From: Candidatus Polarisedimenticolia bacterium
GTDB taxonomy: Bacteria > Acidobacteriota > Polarisedimenticolia > Gp22-AA2
DNA: 64,000 nucleotides
Assembly (NCBI GenBank): GCA_036005805.1
Contig: DASYQE010000086.1
Location: 14,014-78,013 of the forward strand
Reading direction: 5' to 3'
Shown here piece by piece: positions 30,441 through 39,469 of the stretch. A program made the translations under genes and the position numbers. How positions within the stretch are numbered: position 1 is the first letter of the stretch; every line of letters begins with the position of its first letter. The notes beneath the pieces were generated by a model. The model did not search any database. It had not been told where the DNA came from and was given only the letters and a program-made list of their open reading frames with translations.

Positions 30441-32249
30441 CTAGGCGGCTTTTCCGGGACGCGGCGGCAGCTCGTCGGCGACGACGATGCGATCGCGTCC
30501 CGCCTGCTTCGCCGCGTACAGCGCCTTGTCGGCCCGCTCGAGCAGCACGTCGAGCGAGCCGTCCACGGTGTCCTGGGGGTAGCAGGCGATGCCGACGCTG
30601 ACGGTGGTCTGGACGACGGAGTCGCCGATCATCGTGCGCAGGCCGCCGATGCGCGCCTGCAGCCTCTCGGCGATGGAGCGGGCGCCGTCCCGGTCGGTCT
30701 CGGGGAGCAGCACGGCGAACTCCTCGCCGCCCCAGCGGCAGGGAATGTCGGCGGCCCGCATCGTGTCGCGCACCACCGCCCCGACCTTGTTCAGGTAGCG
30801 ATCCCCCGCGAGGTGGCCGAGCCGGTCGTTGATCTGCTTGAAGCGGTCGAGGTCCACCATCACCACGGCGAAGCCGCTGCCGTAGCGCAGGGCGCGCGCC
30901 TGCTCCTCCCGGAGCTTGCGGCGGAAGAAGTCGCGCAGGTAGAGATGCGTGAGCTGGTCCACGGTCGCGAGCTGGTAGTTGCGCGCGTTGTCGATCGCCA
31001 CCGCCGCCTGCTGCGCCACGGTGGTCAGCACCGAGACGTGCTCCACGCCGTAGGCGCCGATGCGCGGGCTCTGCACGCACAGCACGCCGATCGCCTCGTT
31101 GCCGTGCTCCACCGGCAGGGGCGCCGCGAGGATGGCGCGCACCTCGGGGTCGAGGACCACGGGCGCGCAGGGCAGCGAGTCCTTCTCCGCGTGCAGATCG
31201 GTGAGCATCAGCGGACGCCTCGCCTCGACCACCCAGTGGGTGAACCCTTCGCCGAGCGGCCGCTCCTGGCGCGGCTGCACGCGCCCGTCGCGCGCCACGA
31301 ACTCGACGTAGGTCTCGATCGCCCCGCGCTGCCGCAGCGACAGGATCAGGTACGGCGCGTCGAGGATGCGCGTCAGGTGGAAGGCGATGCGCGAAAAAAC
31401 CACCTGAGGGTCGAGGCTGCTGCTGATCTCCCGGCCGATGGTGTTGACGGTCTTCAGCTCGCGGGTGCGTGACTGCACCTGCTCGAGGGCGCGGCTCAGC
31501 TCGGTGCGGGCGCGCGTGAGCTTCTTGAGCAGCGCCGCGGCGAACAGGATGGTGCCCCCGAGCGGCGCGAAGCCGCCGACGCCGGAGGCCGCGTACAGCA
31601 GGGCCAGCCCGAGGGCCAGCGGGATGGCGTAGATCTCGAGCGTCGGCAGGAGGCGCAGGTAGTGCCCGATGTACGGGAAGACCGGCTCGCCCTTGAGGGC
31701 GACCGCGGTCACCATCACCGCGAGGTTGGCCAGGCTATAGGCGGCGTAGAGGGTCGCGATGGTGCCGACCGTGCCCCAGGTCGCCTCGTTCACCGGCCAC
31801 TCGGTCGCGAGCGTGCGCGCCGCCCACTGGCCCGCCCAGGCCGCCATCACCAGGCTGCCGGTGTTGAGCGCCGCCCCGGCCCAGTACGAGTGGCGAGTGC
31901 ACTCGGGGTCGAGGCGCCGCAGCAGCGCCCCGGCGATGCCGCCGATCAGGGCCACCGCCAGCGGCAGCGGCGGCGGCAGGACGGCGAGCGCCGTCAGCAT
32001 GTAGGTCATGTCGAGCGAGATCGACAGCGTGGCGCGCGGGAAGAGCGAGAACGAGAAGAACCACGACAGGGCGATGAACAGGCCGAAGCAGGTGAGCGGC
32101 ATCACCGAGGCGGCGAGCAGGTGCCGCGCCGGGATGAGAAAAGGCAAAGAGACGCCGATCGCCGCGACGCTCAGCGCGATCGCGAAGATCGTGAAGCGCC
32201 GTTCCCCCGGGTCCAGAAACGGCACACCCTTTCCCGCGGCTCGTCCCAT
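30441..32249 (-). CDS. Diguanylate cyclase: a multi-TM N-terminal sensor region, a GAF-like domain and a C-terminal GGDEF domain (GGEEF).
   Basis: A GGDEF domain with the RWGGEEF motif. The start is moved to the internal ATG (MGRAAGKGVPFLDPGE...) because the listed first 61 codons are Arg-rich and would overlap the divergent promoter and small ORF. Confidence 0.8.
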   Translation of the reverse strand: MGRAAGKGVPFLDPGERRFTIFAIALSVAAIGVSLPFLIPARHLLAASVMPLTCFGLFIALSWFFSFSLFPRATLSISLDMTYMLTALAVLPPPLPLAVALIGGIAGALLRRLDPECTRHSYWAGAALNTGSLVMAAWAGQWAARTLATEWPVNEATWGTVGTIATLYAAYSLANLAVMVTAVALKGEPVFPYIGHYLRLLPTLEIYAIPLALGLALLYAASGVGGFAPLGGTILFAAALLKKLTRARTELSRALEQVQSRTRELKTVNTIGREISSSLDPQVVFSRIAFHLTRILDAPYLILSLRQRGAIETYVEFVARDGRVQPRQERPLGEGFTHWVVEARRPLMLTDLHAEKDSLPCAPVVLDPEVRAILAAPLPVEHGNEAIGVLCVQSPRIGAYGVEHVSVLTTVAQQAAVAIDNARNYQLATVDQLTHLYLRDFFRRKLREEQARALRYGSGFAVVMVDLDRFKQINDRLGHLAGDRYLNKVGAVVRDTMRAADIPCRWGGEEFAVLLPETDRDGARSIAERLQARIGGLRTMIGDSVVQTTVSVGIACYPQDTVDGSLDVLLERADKALYAAKQAGRDRIVVADELPPRPGKAA

Positions 32250-32308
32250 CAGGGCGAATCTAGGGACCGCCCGGGAGAGCCGCAACCCGCCGAGGCGCTG
32301 TCGGATGG

Positions 32309-32338
32309 TTGACAGTGCCGCGAAGGGCGCACTAGGAT
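32309..32338 (+). promoter_or_regulatory. Near-consensus sigma70-type promoter: TTGACA-N18-TAGGAT, about 10 nt upstream of the GTG at 32349. This would give a near-leaderless transcript for the small ORF and MTAP operon.
   Basis: The sequence is ggTTGACAgtgccgcgaagggcgcacTAGGATtcggcctcccGTG. Confidence 0.45.
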
Positions 32339-32348
32339 TCGGCCTCCC

Positions 32349-32651
32349 GTGAGTGCGCGCCCGGAACGCCTCATCCTGACCCTGCCTCCCGACCCCGCGT
32401 TCGCGCGTCTGGCGCGGCTGGCGGCGCTGCATTTCCTCCGGCAGCAGGGAGCGCGAGCCTTGGAGGCGCGGCGCCGCGCCCGGCAGGTCGAAGCCCGCTG
32501 CAAGGCCGCCCTGAAGACGGCCGCACGGGCCGCGGGGTCGCTCAAGCCCCTGGCGATTACGTTTTCGGCCGGGGCCCAGTCGCTGCTGGTCGTGGACAAG
32601 GGCGGACCGCGCGGCCGGCTGCTGGTGGTCCCGCGGCGGAAGACGGTATGA
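32349..32651 (+). CDS. Hypothetical small protein (100 aa) whose stop overlaps the MTAP start (ATGA).
   Basis: The ORF sits exactly between a strong promoter and mtnP. No family was recognised. Confidence 0.35.
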   Translation: MSARPERLILTLPPDPAFARLARLAALHFLRQQGARALEARRRARQVEARCKAALKTAARAAGSLKPLAITFSAGAQSLLVVDKGGPRGRLLVVPRRKTV

Positions 32652-33508
32652 GCGCGCCGCTCGGAGTCATCGGGGGCAGCGGCCTCTATTCCATGGCCGT
32701 TCTCGAAAAGGTGGAGGAGATCCGCGTCGACACCCCGTTCGGAGAGCCGTCCGACGCCTACATCAAGGGCGTCATCGGCGGCCGGCCCATCGTGTTCCTG
32801 GCGAGGCACGGTCGGGGCCACCGCCTGCTGCCGACCGAGCTGAATTTCCGCGCCAACATCGCCGGCTTCAAGATGCTCGGGGTCGAGCGGCTGGTCTCGG
32901 TCTCCGCCGTCGGCAGCATGAAGGAGAACCTGCACCCGCTGGACGTGGTGCTGCCGGACCAGTTCATCGACTGGACGCGCCACCGCACCGCCACCTTCTT
33001 CGGCGGCGGCGTCGTGGCGCACGTCTCCTTCGCCGATCCGGTGTGCTCCGAGCTGCGCGGCGTGATGCGGCGGTCGGCCGAGGGTGTGAAGGTGCGCCTG
33101 CACGACGGCGGCACCTACCTGTGCGTCGAGGGGCCGCAGTTCTCGACGCGCGCCGAGTCACACCTGTACCGCTCCTGGAACGTGGACGTCATCGGCATGA
33201 CCAACGTGCAGGAGGCGAAGCTGGCGCGCGAGGCGGAGATCTGCTACGCGACGATGGCCATGGTCACCGATTTCGACTGCTGGAAGGAGGACGAGGCGGC
33301 GGTCACCGTGGAGGAGATCGTCGCCCGCCTGCACGACAACGCCAAGAACGCCGAGGCGATCGTCACGCGCACGCTGGCGTCCCTGCCGGACAGGCGCACC
33401 TGTCCGTGCGGCAGCGCCCTGGCGCAGGCCATCCTCACCGATCGCGCCCGTATCCCCGCCGCGGCGAAGGAGCGCCTGCGCCCGATCGCGGGAACGCGGC
33501 TCGACTGA
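32648..33508 (+). CDS. mtnP: S-methyl-5'-thioadenosine phosphorylase (PNP/MTAP family).
   Basis: MTAP motifs (GVIGGSGLY, FLARHGRGH, GMTNVQEAKLAREAEICYATMAMVTDFDCW). Confidence 0.9.
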   Translation: MSAPLGVIGGSGLYSMAVLEKVEEIRVDTPFGEPSDAYIKGVIGGRPIVFLARHGRGHRLLPTELNFRANIAGFKMLGVERLVSVSAVGSMKENLHPLDVVLPDQFIDWTRHRTATFFGGGVVAHVSFADPVCSELRGVMRRSAEGVKVRLHDGGTYLCVEGPQFSTRAESHLYRSWNVDVIGMTNVQEAKLAREAEICYATMAMVTDFDCWKEDEAAVTVEEIVARLHDNAKNAEAIVTRTLASLPDRRTCPCGSALAQAILTDRARIPAAAKERLRPIAGTRLD

Positions 33509-33534
33509 CCTTTTCACCCGGAGATTCTCAAGAC

Positions 33535-34452
33535 ATGTCCCTGCTCGTCGTCGGCTCGGTCGCGTTCGACACCGTCAAGACTCCCTACGGCAAGGTGGAC
33601 GAGGTGCTCGGCGGCTCGGCCACGTACTTCTCGGTCGCCGCGTCGTACTTCACGCCGGTGCGCCTGGTGGCGGTCGTGGGGAAGGACTTCGGCGACGAGC
33701 CGATCCGGCTCTTCAAGTCGCGCGGCGTGGACGTCTCGGGCCTGGAGGTGGCGGACGGCGAGACCTTCCGCTGGAGCGGCGAGTATTCCGACGACCTCAA
33801 CGACCGCACGACCCACGCCACGCACCTGAACGTCTTCGAGTCGTTCCGCCCGAAGATACGCCGGCAGGACAAGGGCGCGCCCTTCCTGTTCCTCGGCAAC
33901 ATCGATCCCGATCTGCAGCAGCAGGTCCTGGGCGAGGTGAAGCCGGAGTTCGTCGCCTGCGACACGATGAACTTCTGGATCGAGAGGAAGAGCGACAGCC
34001 TGAAGCGGCTCCTGGGCTCCGTGCACGGGCTGGTCATCAACGATTCCGAGGCGCGGCTGCTCGCCGGAGAGCTGAACACGGTGGCCGCGGCCCGTCGCCT
34101 CATGGATCTCGGCCTCAAGTTCCTGGTCATCAAGCGGGGCGAGTTCGGCGCCGCGCTGTTCCAGGGGGGACACTACTTCGCGGTCCCCGCCTACCCGGTG
34201 GAGCGCCCGGTCGATCCGACCGGGGCGGGGGATTCCTTCGCCGGCGGCTTCATGGGCTTCCTGGCGCGCGAGAAGAAAGTCGGCGGCCCGGCGATGCGCC
34301 AGGCGATGCTCTACGGCACGGCCATGGCCTCGTTCTGCGTCGAGGACTTCAGCCTCCGCCGCCTGGCCGCGCTGAGCGAGAAGGCGATCGAGGCGCGCGT
34401 CGCCGAGCTCCGCGACTTCCTCGACGTCGACGGACCGCCGCGCAAGCGATGA
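33535..34452 (+). CDS. PfkB-family carbohydrate/nucleoside kinase (ribokinase-like; possibly adenosine kinase or a related salvage kinase).
   Basis: The ATG at 33535 is internal to the listed 33043..34452 ORF. The PfkB signature is PVDPTGAGDSFAGGFM. Confidence 0.85.
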   Translation: MSLLVVGSVAFDTVKTPYGKVDEVLGGSATYFSVAASYFTPVRLVAVVGKDFGDEPIRLFKSRGVDVSGLEVADGETFRWSGEYSDDLNDRTTHATHLNVFESFRPKIRRQDKGAPFLFLGNIDPDLQQQVLGEVKPEFVACDTMNFWIERKSDSLKRLLGSVHGLVINDSEARLLAGELNTVAAARRLMDLGLKFLVIKRGEFGAALFQGGHYFAVPAYPVERPVDPTGAGDSFAGGFMGFLAREKKVGGPAMRQAMLYGTAMASFCVEDFSLRRLAALSEKAIEARVAELRDFLDVDGPPRKR

Positions 34453-35228
34453 CCCGGGGGGACGCCTCCGGGCACGCCGTCCGCCGCCCGCCCCGGCTCC
34501 TGCCGCTGGTCCTGCCGGCGCTGCTCGCGCCGGTCGCCGTCTTCCTGGCGTTCGCCCTCGCCGCCGCGTCGCCCGCGGCCGGACGCATCGCCCTCCCGGT
34601 CCTGGCGACGCTCGCCGTCTACCCGGTCTTCGCCCGCTGCGTGGCGCAGGGACGCCGCGCCGCGGCGATCACCGCGGCGCTCTTGTGGGCCGCGAGCCTC
34701 TCCGCCTCGCTCATCACCCACACCGCCCGCGATCCAGCGACGGCGGGAGCGGGCGTGGTGATGGGCCCCGCGTATCGCGACGAGATGTTCGCCTTCATCT
34801 TTTCGGGACAGGGGCGCGAGTCGGACCCGGCCCGCTTCGTCCCGCAGCACCTGCTGCACGCCGGGATCTTCGCTGTCGCCACGCTCGCGAGCGGCGGGCT
34901 CCTCGGCCTGCTCATGGGCGCGGTGCTCGTCGGCTACATGTCGTACTACGTCGGGGCGCTCGCCTCGGGGCCGCACCCGATGACCGCCGGGCTCCTCGGC
35001 TGGCCGCCGTATGCCATCGTCCGCGTCGTCGCCTTCGTGATCCTCGGCGCGGTGCTGGCGCGCCCGCTCCTGGTGCGCCTGCGCGGACGGCCGGAGCGGC
35101 TGTTCTCCGAGCCGGCCGACCGGCGGCTCCTCGGTGTCGCGCTCGCGCTGCTGCTCGCCGACATCGTCCTGAAGGCGACCTTCGCCCCCGCCTGGTCGGA
35201 GATCCTCCGGCCCTGCCTGCCGTCCTGA
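34449..35228 (+). CDS. Hypothetical integral membrane protein (about 6 TM helices), ATGA-coupled to the kinase gene.
   Basis: Hydrophobic segments were read from the translation. No family was recognised. Confidence 0.55.
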   Translation: MTRGDASGHAVRRPPRLLPLVLPALLAPVAVFLAFALAAASPAAGRIALPVLATLAVYPVFARCVAQGRRAAAITAALLWAASLSASLITHTARDPATAGAGVVMGPAYRDEMFAFIFSGQGRESDPARFVPQHLLHAGIFAVATLASGGLLGLLMGAVLVGYMSYYVGALASGPHPMTAGLLGWPPYAIVRVVAFVILGAVLARPLLVRLRGRPERLFSEPADRRLLGVALALLLADIVLKATFAPAWSEILRPCLPS

Positions 35229-35240
35229 ACCCCCGTCTCC

Positions 35241-35269
35241 TTGACACCCCCGGGAGCGCTCACTACGAT
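35241..35269 (+). promoter_or_regulatory. Near-consensus sigma70-type promoter for ribH-nusB: TTGACA-N17-TACGAT.
   Basis: The sequence is ccTTGACAcccccgggagcgctcacTACGATggcgc, with the RBS ggagaa before the ATG at 35290. Confidence 0.5.
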
Positions 35270-35289
35270 GGCGCTCCCTCGGAGAATCC

Positions 35290-35823
35290 ATGTCCCCGAA
35301 CGAGATCAGCGGCCACTTCGACGGCGCCGGCATGCGCCTCGGCGTGGTCGCCGCCCGGTTCAACGACTACATGGTCGAGCGCCTCGTCGCGGCGGCGCTC
35401 GACGCGCTGCGCCGGCACGGCGTGCGCGATGCCGACGTCACGCTCGTGCGCGTGCCGGGAGCGCTGGAGATCCCGATCGCGGCGCGGCGTCTGGCCGCCT
35501 CCGGCACGGTCGAGGCGGTCGTGGCGCTCGGCTGCGTCATCCGGGGCGACACCGTCCACTTCGACCAGGTCGTCGCGGACGCCTCCCGCGGCGTGTCGCT
35601 CGCGGCGCTCGACACCGGGGTGCCCGTCACCTGGGGGGTGATCGCCGCCGAGAACCTCGAGCAGGCGATCGATCGGGCCGGCGGGAAGGCGGGCAACCGC
35701 GGCTGGGACGCGGCGGTGGCCGCCATCGAGATGGCCAGCCTGCTGCGGCGCCTCCCCGCGGCCGCGGCGCCCGCTTCGCCGGCGGCGACACCCACCACCG
35801 CTTCCGCCGCGCGGAAGGATTAG
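35290..35823 (+). CDS. ribH: 6,7-dimethyl-8-ribityllumazine synthase.
   Basis: RibH sequence (RLGVVAARFNDYMVERL, a GALEIP-like motif) with a Pro/Ala-rich C-terminal tail. Confidence 0.93.
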   Translation: MSPNEISGHFDGAGMRLGVVAARFNDYMVERLVAAALDALRRHGVRDADVTLVRVPGALEIPIAARRLAASGTVEAVVALGCVIRGDTVHFDQVVADASRGVSLAALDTGVPVTWGVIAAENLEQAIDRAGGKAGNRGWDAAVAAIEMASLLRRLPAAAAPASPAATPTTASAARKD

Positions 35824-35830
35824 GACCGCC

Positions 35831-36310
35831 ATGGCGTCGCGCCACCAGGCCCGCGAGTTCGCCCTGCAGATGCTCTACCAGGCGGAGGTCGGCGGCATGC
35901 CGATGCCCGAGGTCATCGACGGCTTCTGGCGCCACGAGGAGCCGGTGCCCGACGACGTGCGCCGCTTCGCGACCCGCCTGGCGCTCGGCGCGACCGACTC
36001 GAAAGACGAGGTGGACGCGCTGTTGCGCGAAGGCATCGAGAACTGGCGCCTGGAGCGTCTCGGCACGGTGGACCGGGCGGTCCTGCGCCTCGCCGTCTTC
36101 GAGTTCCTGCACGAGCCGGAGACCCCCCGGATCGTCGTCATCGACGAGGCGATCGAGGTCGCGAAGCGCTATGGCGGCGAGGAGTCGGGACAGTTCGTCA
36201 ACGGCATCCTCGACGCCATCCGCAAGCGCCTCGACGAAGCCGCGCCGAAAGGCGATCACGAAAGCGTCATCGCCCCTCCCGCCGCTGGCGGTCCCCCCGC
36301 AAAAGAATAG
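35831..36310 (+). CDS. nusB: Transcription antitermination factor NusB.
   Basis: NusB sequence (AREFALQMLYQAE, the RL.R motifs) in the classic ribH-nusB gene pair. Confidence 0.93.
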   Translation: MASRHQAREFALQMLYQAEVGGMPMPEVIDGFWRHEEPVPDDVRRFATRLALGATDSKDEVDALLREGIENWRLERLGTVDRAVLRLAVFEFLHEPETPRIVVIDEAIEVAKRYGGEESGQFVNGILDAIRKRLDEAAPKGDHESVIAPPAAGGPPAKE

Positions 36311-36411
36311 ATTGGTCCAAGGCCGCGTCCCCGCCGCGCGGCCCGATTGCGCCGTTTTGGGGCGGGCCGCGACCCTCCGCGCGCGCGCGGCGGGCAAGGA
36401 GACGAGTTCTC

Positions 36412-37914
36412 TTGAGCGTCGTCGGCAGTCTCGAAGATCTCTCCTTTCCGGATATCCTGCAGGTCGTCCACCTGAGCCGCCAGTCGGGCACGCTCATCCT
36501 CAGCGACCAGGAGGGCGAGCGACGCGTCCGCTTCCGCCACGGTCTCGTCTGCGACGCGAGCCTGGGTGCCGGACGGCCCCCGCTCGACGAGCTGCTGATC
36601 GCCCGTGGCCTCGTCGCCCCGGCCGCCGTCGAGCCGGCGCGCGCGCTGGTCGCGAGGACGGGCGAGTCGCTGGCGGCCGCGCTCGTCGGACTCGGCGCGC
36701 TGTCGCAGGAAACACTCGATCGCATCGTCCGCGAAGAGCTGCGCGACCTGGTCCGCTCCTTCGTGCTGCTCCAGGAGGGAGAGTTCCGCTTCGAGGTGGA
36801 CGAGTCGGACCCGCCTCCCGAGGAGGCGGCCGGGCTCGAGCCGGAGGCCATCCTCGGCGGCCTGCCGCAGGCGGCGCCGCGCTGGACCGAGGGGACCGCG
36901 CCGGGCGTGCCGCGCCAGGTGCTCCTGGTGAGCGAGCGATCGTTCCTGACCCTGGCGCTGCGTGAAGAGCTGCAGCACGTGGGCTTCGAAGTCCTGACCT
37001 GTGAGTCGGCGGCCCGCGGCGAAGCGGCCGGGCGCGATCTCGCGGCGCGCGGCACCGCCTTCTTCCTGGTCTGCGACCTGGTGCTGCCCGACTCGACGAA
37101 GACCGGGTGGGGCGGAGCCATCGAGCTGGTGCGCAACCTGCGCGGCGCCGTCCCCGGGCTTCTCGCGGTGATGATCGGCGAGCTGCGGCACCCGAGCGCC
37201 GCCGTCATGGCTCAAAGCGCCGGCGCGACCGGCTACCTGGCGCTGCCGGACCTGGCGCTCACACCGTTCGAGGACGTGGGAGTCCGGGTGCGCGACTTCT
37301 GCGTGCAGCTCGGCTCGACCCTGTGCCTGTCGGACCAGCTGGCGCAGATCGACTGGTCCGCCGGCGGCCGGACGGTGCGGGTCGCCGATCCACTGCAGCT
37401 CCTGCGCGGCCTCATCGGCGAGCTGCAGGCGGAGCCGGCCGGGGACGTGTCGCTGCTGGTGCTGCGGCTGGCCTCCGAGTATTTCGAGCGGGCGGCCCTG
37501 TTCGGCGTGGCCGACGGGCGCGCCGTCTGCCGCGGCGCGTTCGGGAAGCCGGTGGACGAGCGGATGCGCGGCGCCACCTTCCCGCTCGAGGCCGGCTCGA
37601 TCCTCAAGGCCGCGGTCGATCGCGGCGAATCCTCGGTGGCCCCGGTCCCCGACGACGCCGCGAACGGGGCGCTGCGCGCCCGGCTCGGCCCGCCTGAGCC
37701 GAAGAGCGCCGCGGTGCTGCCGGTGCACGGCGGACAGGAAGTCTTCGGCATCCTCTACGGCGACAACGCGGTCAGCGGCGAGCCGTTCGACGACCTGCGG
37801 CCGCTGGAGATCTTCCTGTCGCAGGCCGGGCTGACGCTGCAGAACGCCCTGCTGCGGCGCCGGATCGCCAGCCTCGAATCGCGCCCCGCGGCGCCCCGGG
37901 AGCGTGCGGCATGA
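36412..37914 (+). CDS. DUF4388 (PATAN-like) domain protein with a receiver-like middle domain showing atypical active-site residues and a GAF-like C-terminal region. It has a TTG start.
   Basis: The N-terminal LEDLSFPDILQVVHLSRQSGTL motif is typical of DUF4388. The receiver-like segment has LVCDLVLPD but lacks the conserved Lys. Confidence 0.7.
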   Translation: MSVVGSLEDLSFPDILQVVHLSRQSGTLILSDQEGERRVRFRHGLVCDASLGAGRPPLDELLIARGLVAPAAVEPARALVARTGESLAAALVGLGALSQETLDRIVREELRDLVRSFVLLQEGEFRFEVDESDPPPEEAAGLEPEAILGGLPQAAPRWTEGTAPGVPRQVLLVSERSFLTLALREELQHVGFEVLTCESAARGEAAGRDLAARGTAFFLVCDLVLPDSTKTGWGGAIELVRNLRGAVPGLLAVMIGELRHPSAAVMAQSAGATGYLALPDLALTPFEDVGVRVRDFCVQLGSTLCLSDQLAQIDWSAGGRTVRVADPLQLLRGLIGELQAEPAGDVSLLVLRLASEYFERAALFGVADGRAVCRGAFGKPVDERMRGATFPLEAGSILKAAVDRGESSVAPVPDDAANGALRARLGPPEPKSAAVLPVHGGQEVFGILYGDNAVSGEPFDDLRPLEIFLSQAGLTLQNALLRRRIASLESRPAAPRERAA

Positions 37915-38849
37915 TCGTCGGCTGCCCGTCCTGCCGACGGCAGTTCCGCGTGGACGACACCCGCGTCCGCCCCGGGTCGAAGATGCGCTGCGCCCGCTGC
38001 GGCCACACGTTCGCCTCCGCCGAAAGCGGCGGGCCGCCCGACGCCGATCGCCCGACTCCGAGGGCAACTGGTTCGCGGCCGTCGGCCGCCGCGGCGGTGC
38101 GTCCCGCCGGGACGCCGTTCGCCCCGGTGGGCGGCGATGCGCCGCTGGTCCTCCTGGCCGACGCCGGACGTCCGGTCCGCAGCCTCCTCCGGCCGATCCT
38201 GGCGGAGCTCGGCTGCCGCGTGGAGACGGCCGACGACGGCACCGCCGCCTTCAAGGCGGTGGTGGCGCGCCACCCGATCGCCATCGTGGCCAGCGTGCAC
38301 CTCGGAGGCCTGTCGGGCGTGGCGATCTGCGAAGGCGTGAAAGGCAGCCCGCATCTCAAGGACACGAAGGTCGCGCTCCTCGGCTCGGATCTCTCGGCCG
38401 ACCTGTTCAACCGCGATACCGCGATGGCCTACGGCGCCGACGTCTTCCTCGAGGAGGGGATGGCGGAGGAAGCGCTGCGCGCGTCGCTGCGCGACATGCT
38501 GCCGGCGCTTCCGGAGCCCGAGTCCGACGATGCGGAGGCCGCGACCGGGAAGGACTGGGAGGGCTCCGACTTCGGCCTCGACGCGCTGCATCAGCAGGCT
38601 GCGCCGCGCGGCGGTCGGCCGGAGGAGGAGATCGCCCGCCTCGCCCGCCTGATGCTCTCCGATCTGAAGCTCTACAACCCCGATCGCTTCGCCCAGGCGC
38701 TGCGCAGCGGCCAGGTGCTGGAGATCTTCAAGGCCGAGCTTTCACGGGGCCGCGACCTGGTGGACCAGCGCTTCCCGCAGACGACCTCACGCCAGGAGAT
38801 GCTCGCCGCCGCCCTGAAAGAGGGGATCGCGCGCGAAGGCGCTCACTGA
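37911..38849 (+). CDS. MJ0042-type zinc-ribbon protein fused to a receiver-like (probably pseudo-receiver) domain, ATGA-coupled to the preceding gene.
   Basis: The N-terminus is CPSCRRQFRVDD...MRCARCGHTF. The receiver-like region (PLVLLADAG...AIVASVHLGG) has Ser/His where the phospho-acceptor Asp is expected. Confidence 0.7.
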   Translation: MIVGCPSCRRQFRVDDTRVRPGSKMRCARCGHTFASAESGGPPDADRPTPRATGSRPSAAAAVRPAGTPFAPVGGDAPLVLLADAGRPVRSLLRPILAELGCRVETADDGTAAFKAVVARHPIAIVASVHLGGLSGVAICEGVKGSPHLKDTKVALLGSDLSADLFNRDTAMAYGADVFLEEGMAEEALRASLRDMLPALPEPESDDAEAATGKDWEGSDFGLDALHQQAAPRGGRPEEEIARLARLMLSDLKLYNPDRFAQALRSGQVLEIFKAELSRGRDLVDQRFPQTTSRQEMLAAALKEGIAREGAH

Positions 38850-39391
38850 GTCACGTAAGCGAACAGGTTGACGTTCACCGTCTTGTCGGTGGTGTTGAAC
38901 AGGCGCACCCGGTAACGAGGGAAGGCGAGCGTCTGGCGCGCCTGCTGTGAGGCGTGCATCCGGTCGGTGCCCTGGGTCAGGGCGGCGCGGATTTCGAGCG
39001 GGAACTGCAGCAGGCCGTCCTCCTCGTAGGCCCGCGTGACCGTCTCCTCGTCGGGAATGAGATACGCCCCGACCTCTCCGGCCTTGAGGGCCCGGCCGGC
39101 GGCGCGGCCGCTCAGGCTCAGGACGATGCCGGTGTAGCCCTCGGCCGTCACCACGCCGCCGTCGATGAGGCGGCCGCGCTCGGAGGGCTCGACCGGCGGC
39201 ACGGTCAGATCCTTCAGGCTGATGAGCTGGGAGTGCGGGATCGCCAAAGGCACCGTGACCTCCCCCTGCACCCGCTGCACCTGCGGAAAGTTCATCACCC
39301 GCACCGGACGGACCGCCTCGTCGGCGGCCCCACGGGCCGGGAGCGCCAGGAGAACCAGAGCCAGGGCCAGGACGACGAACACGCCGCGCAT
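38843..39391 (-). CDS. Hypothetical secreted protein (signal peptide MRGVFVVLALALVLLALPARGAADE).
   Basis: A 182-aa ORF with the RBS gggagg and a clean signal peptide. No family was recognised. Confidence 0.6.
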   Translation of the reverse strand: MRGVFVVLALALVLLALPARGAADEAVRPVRVMNFPQVQRVQGEVTVPLAIPHSQLISLKDLTVPPVEPSERGRLIDGGVVTAEGYTGIVLSLSGRAAGRALKAGEVGAYLIPDEETVTRAYEEDGLLQFPLEIRAALTQGTDRMHASQQARQTLAFPRYRVRLFNTTDKTVNVNLFAYVTQ

Positions 39392-39469
39392 CGGAAACCT
39401 CCCGCGAAAGGGCCGGTCCGCGGGCGCGGCCGGCGGGGTTTCACGCGGGACCGCTCCCGCGCGAAGGCG

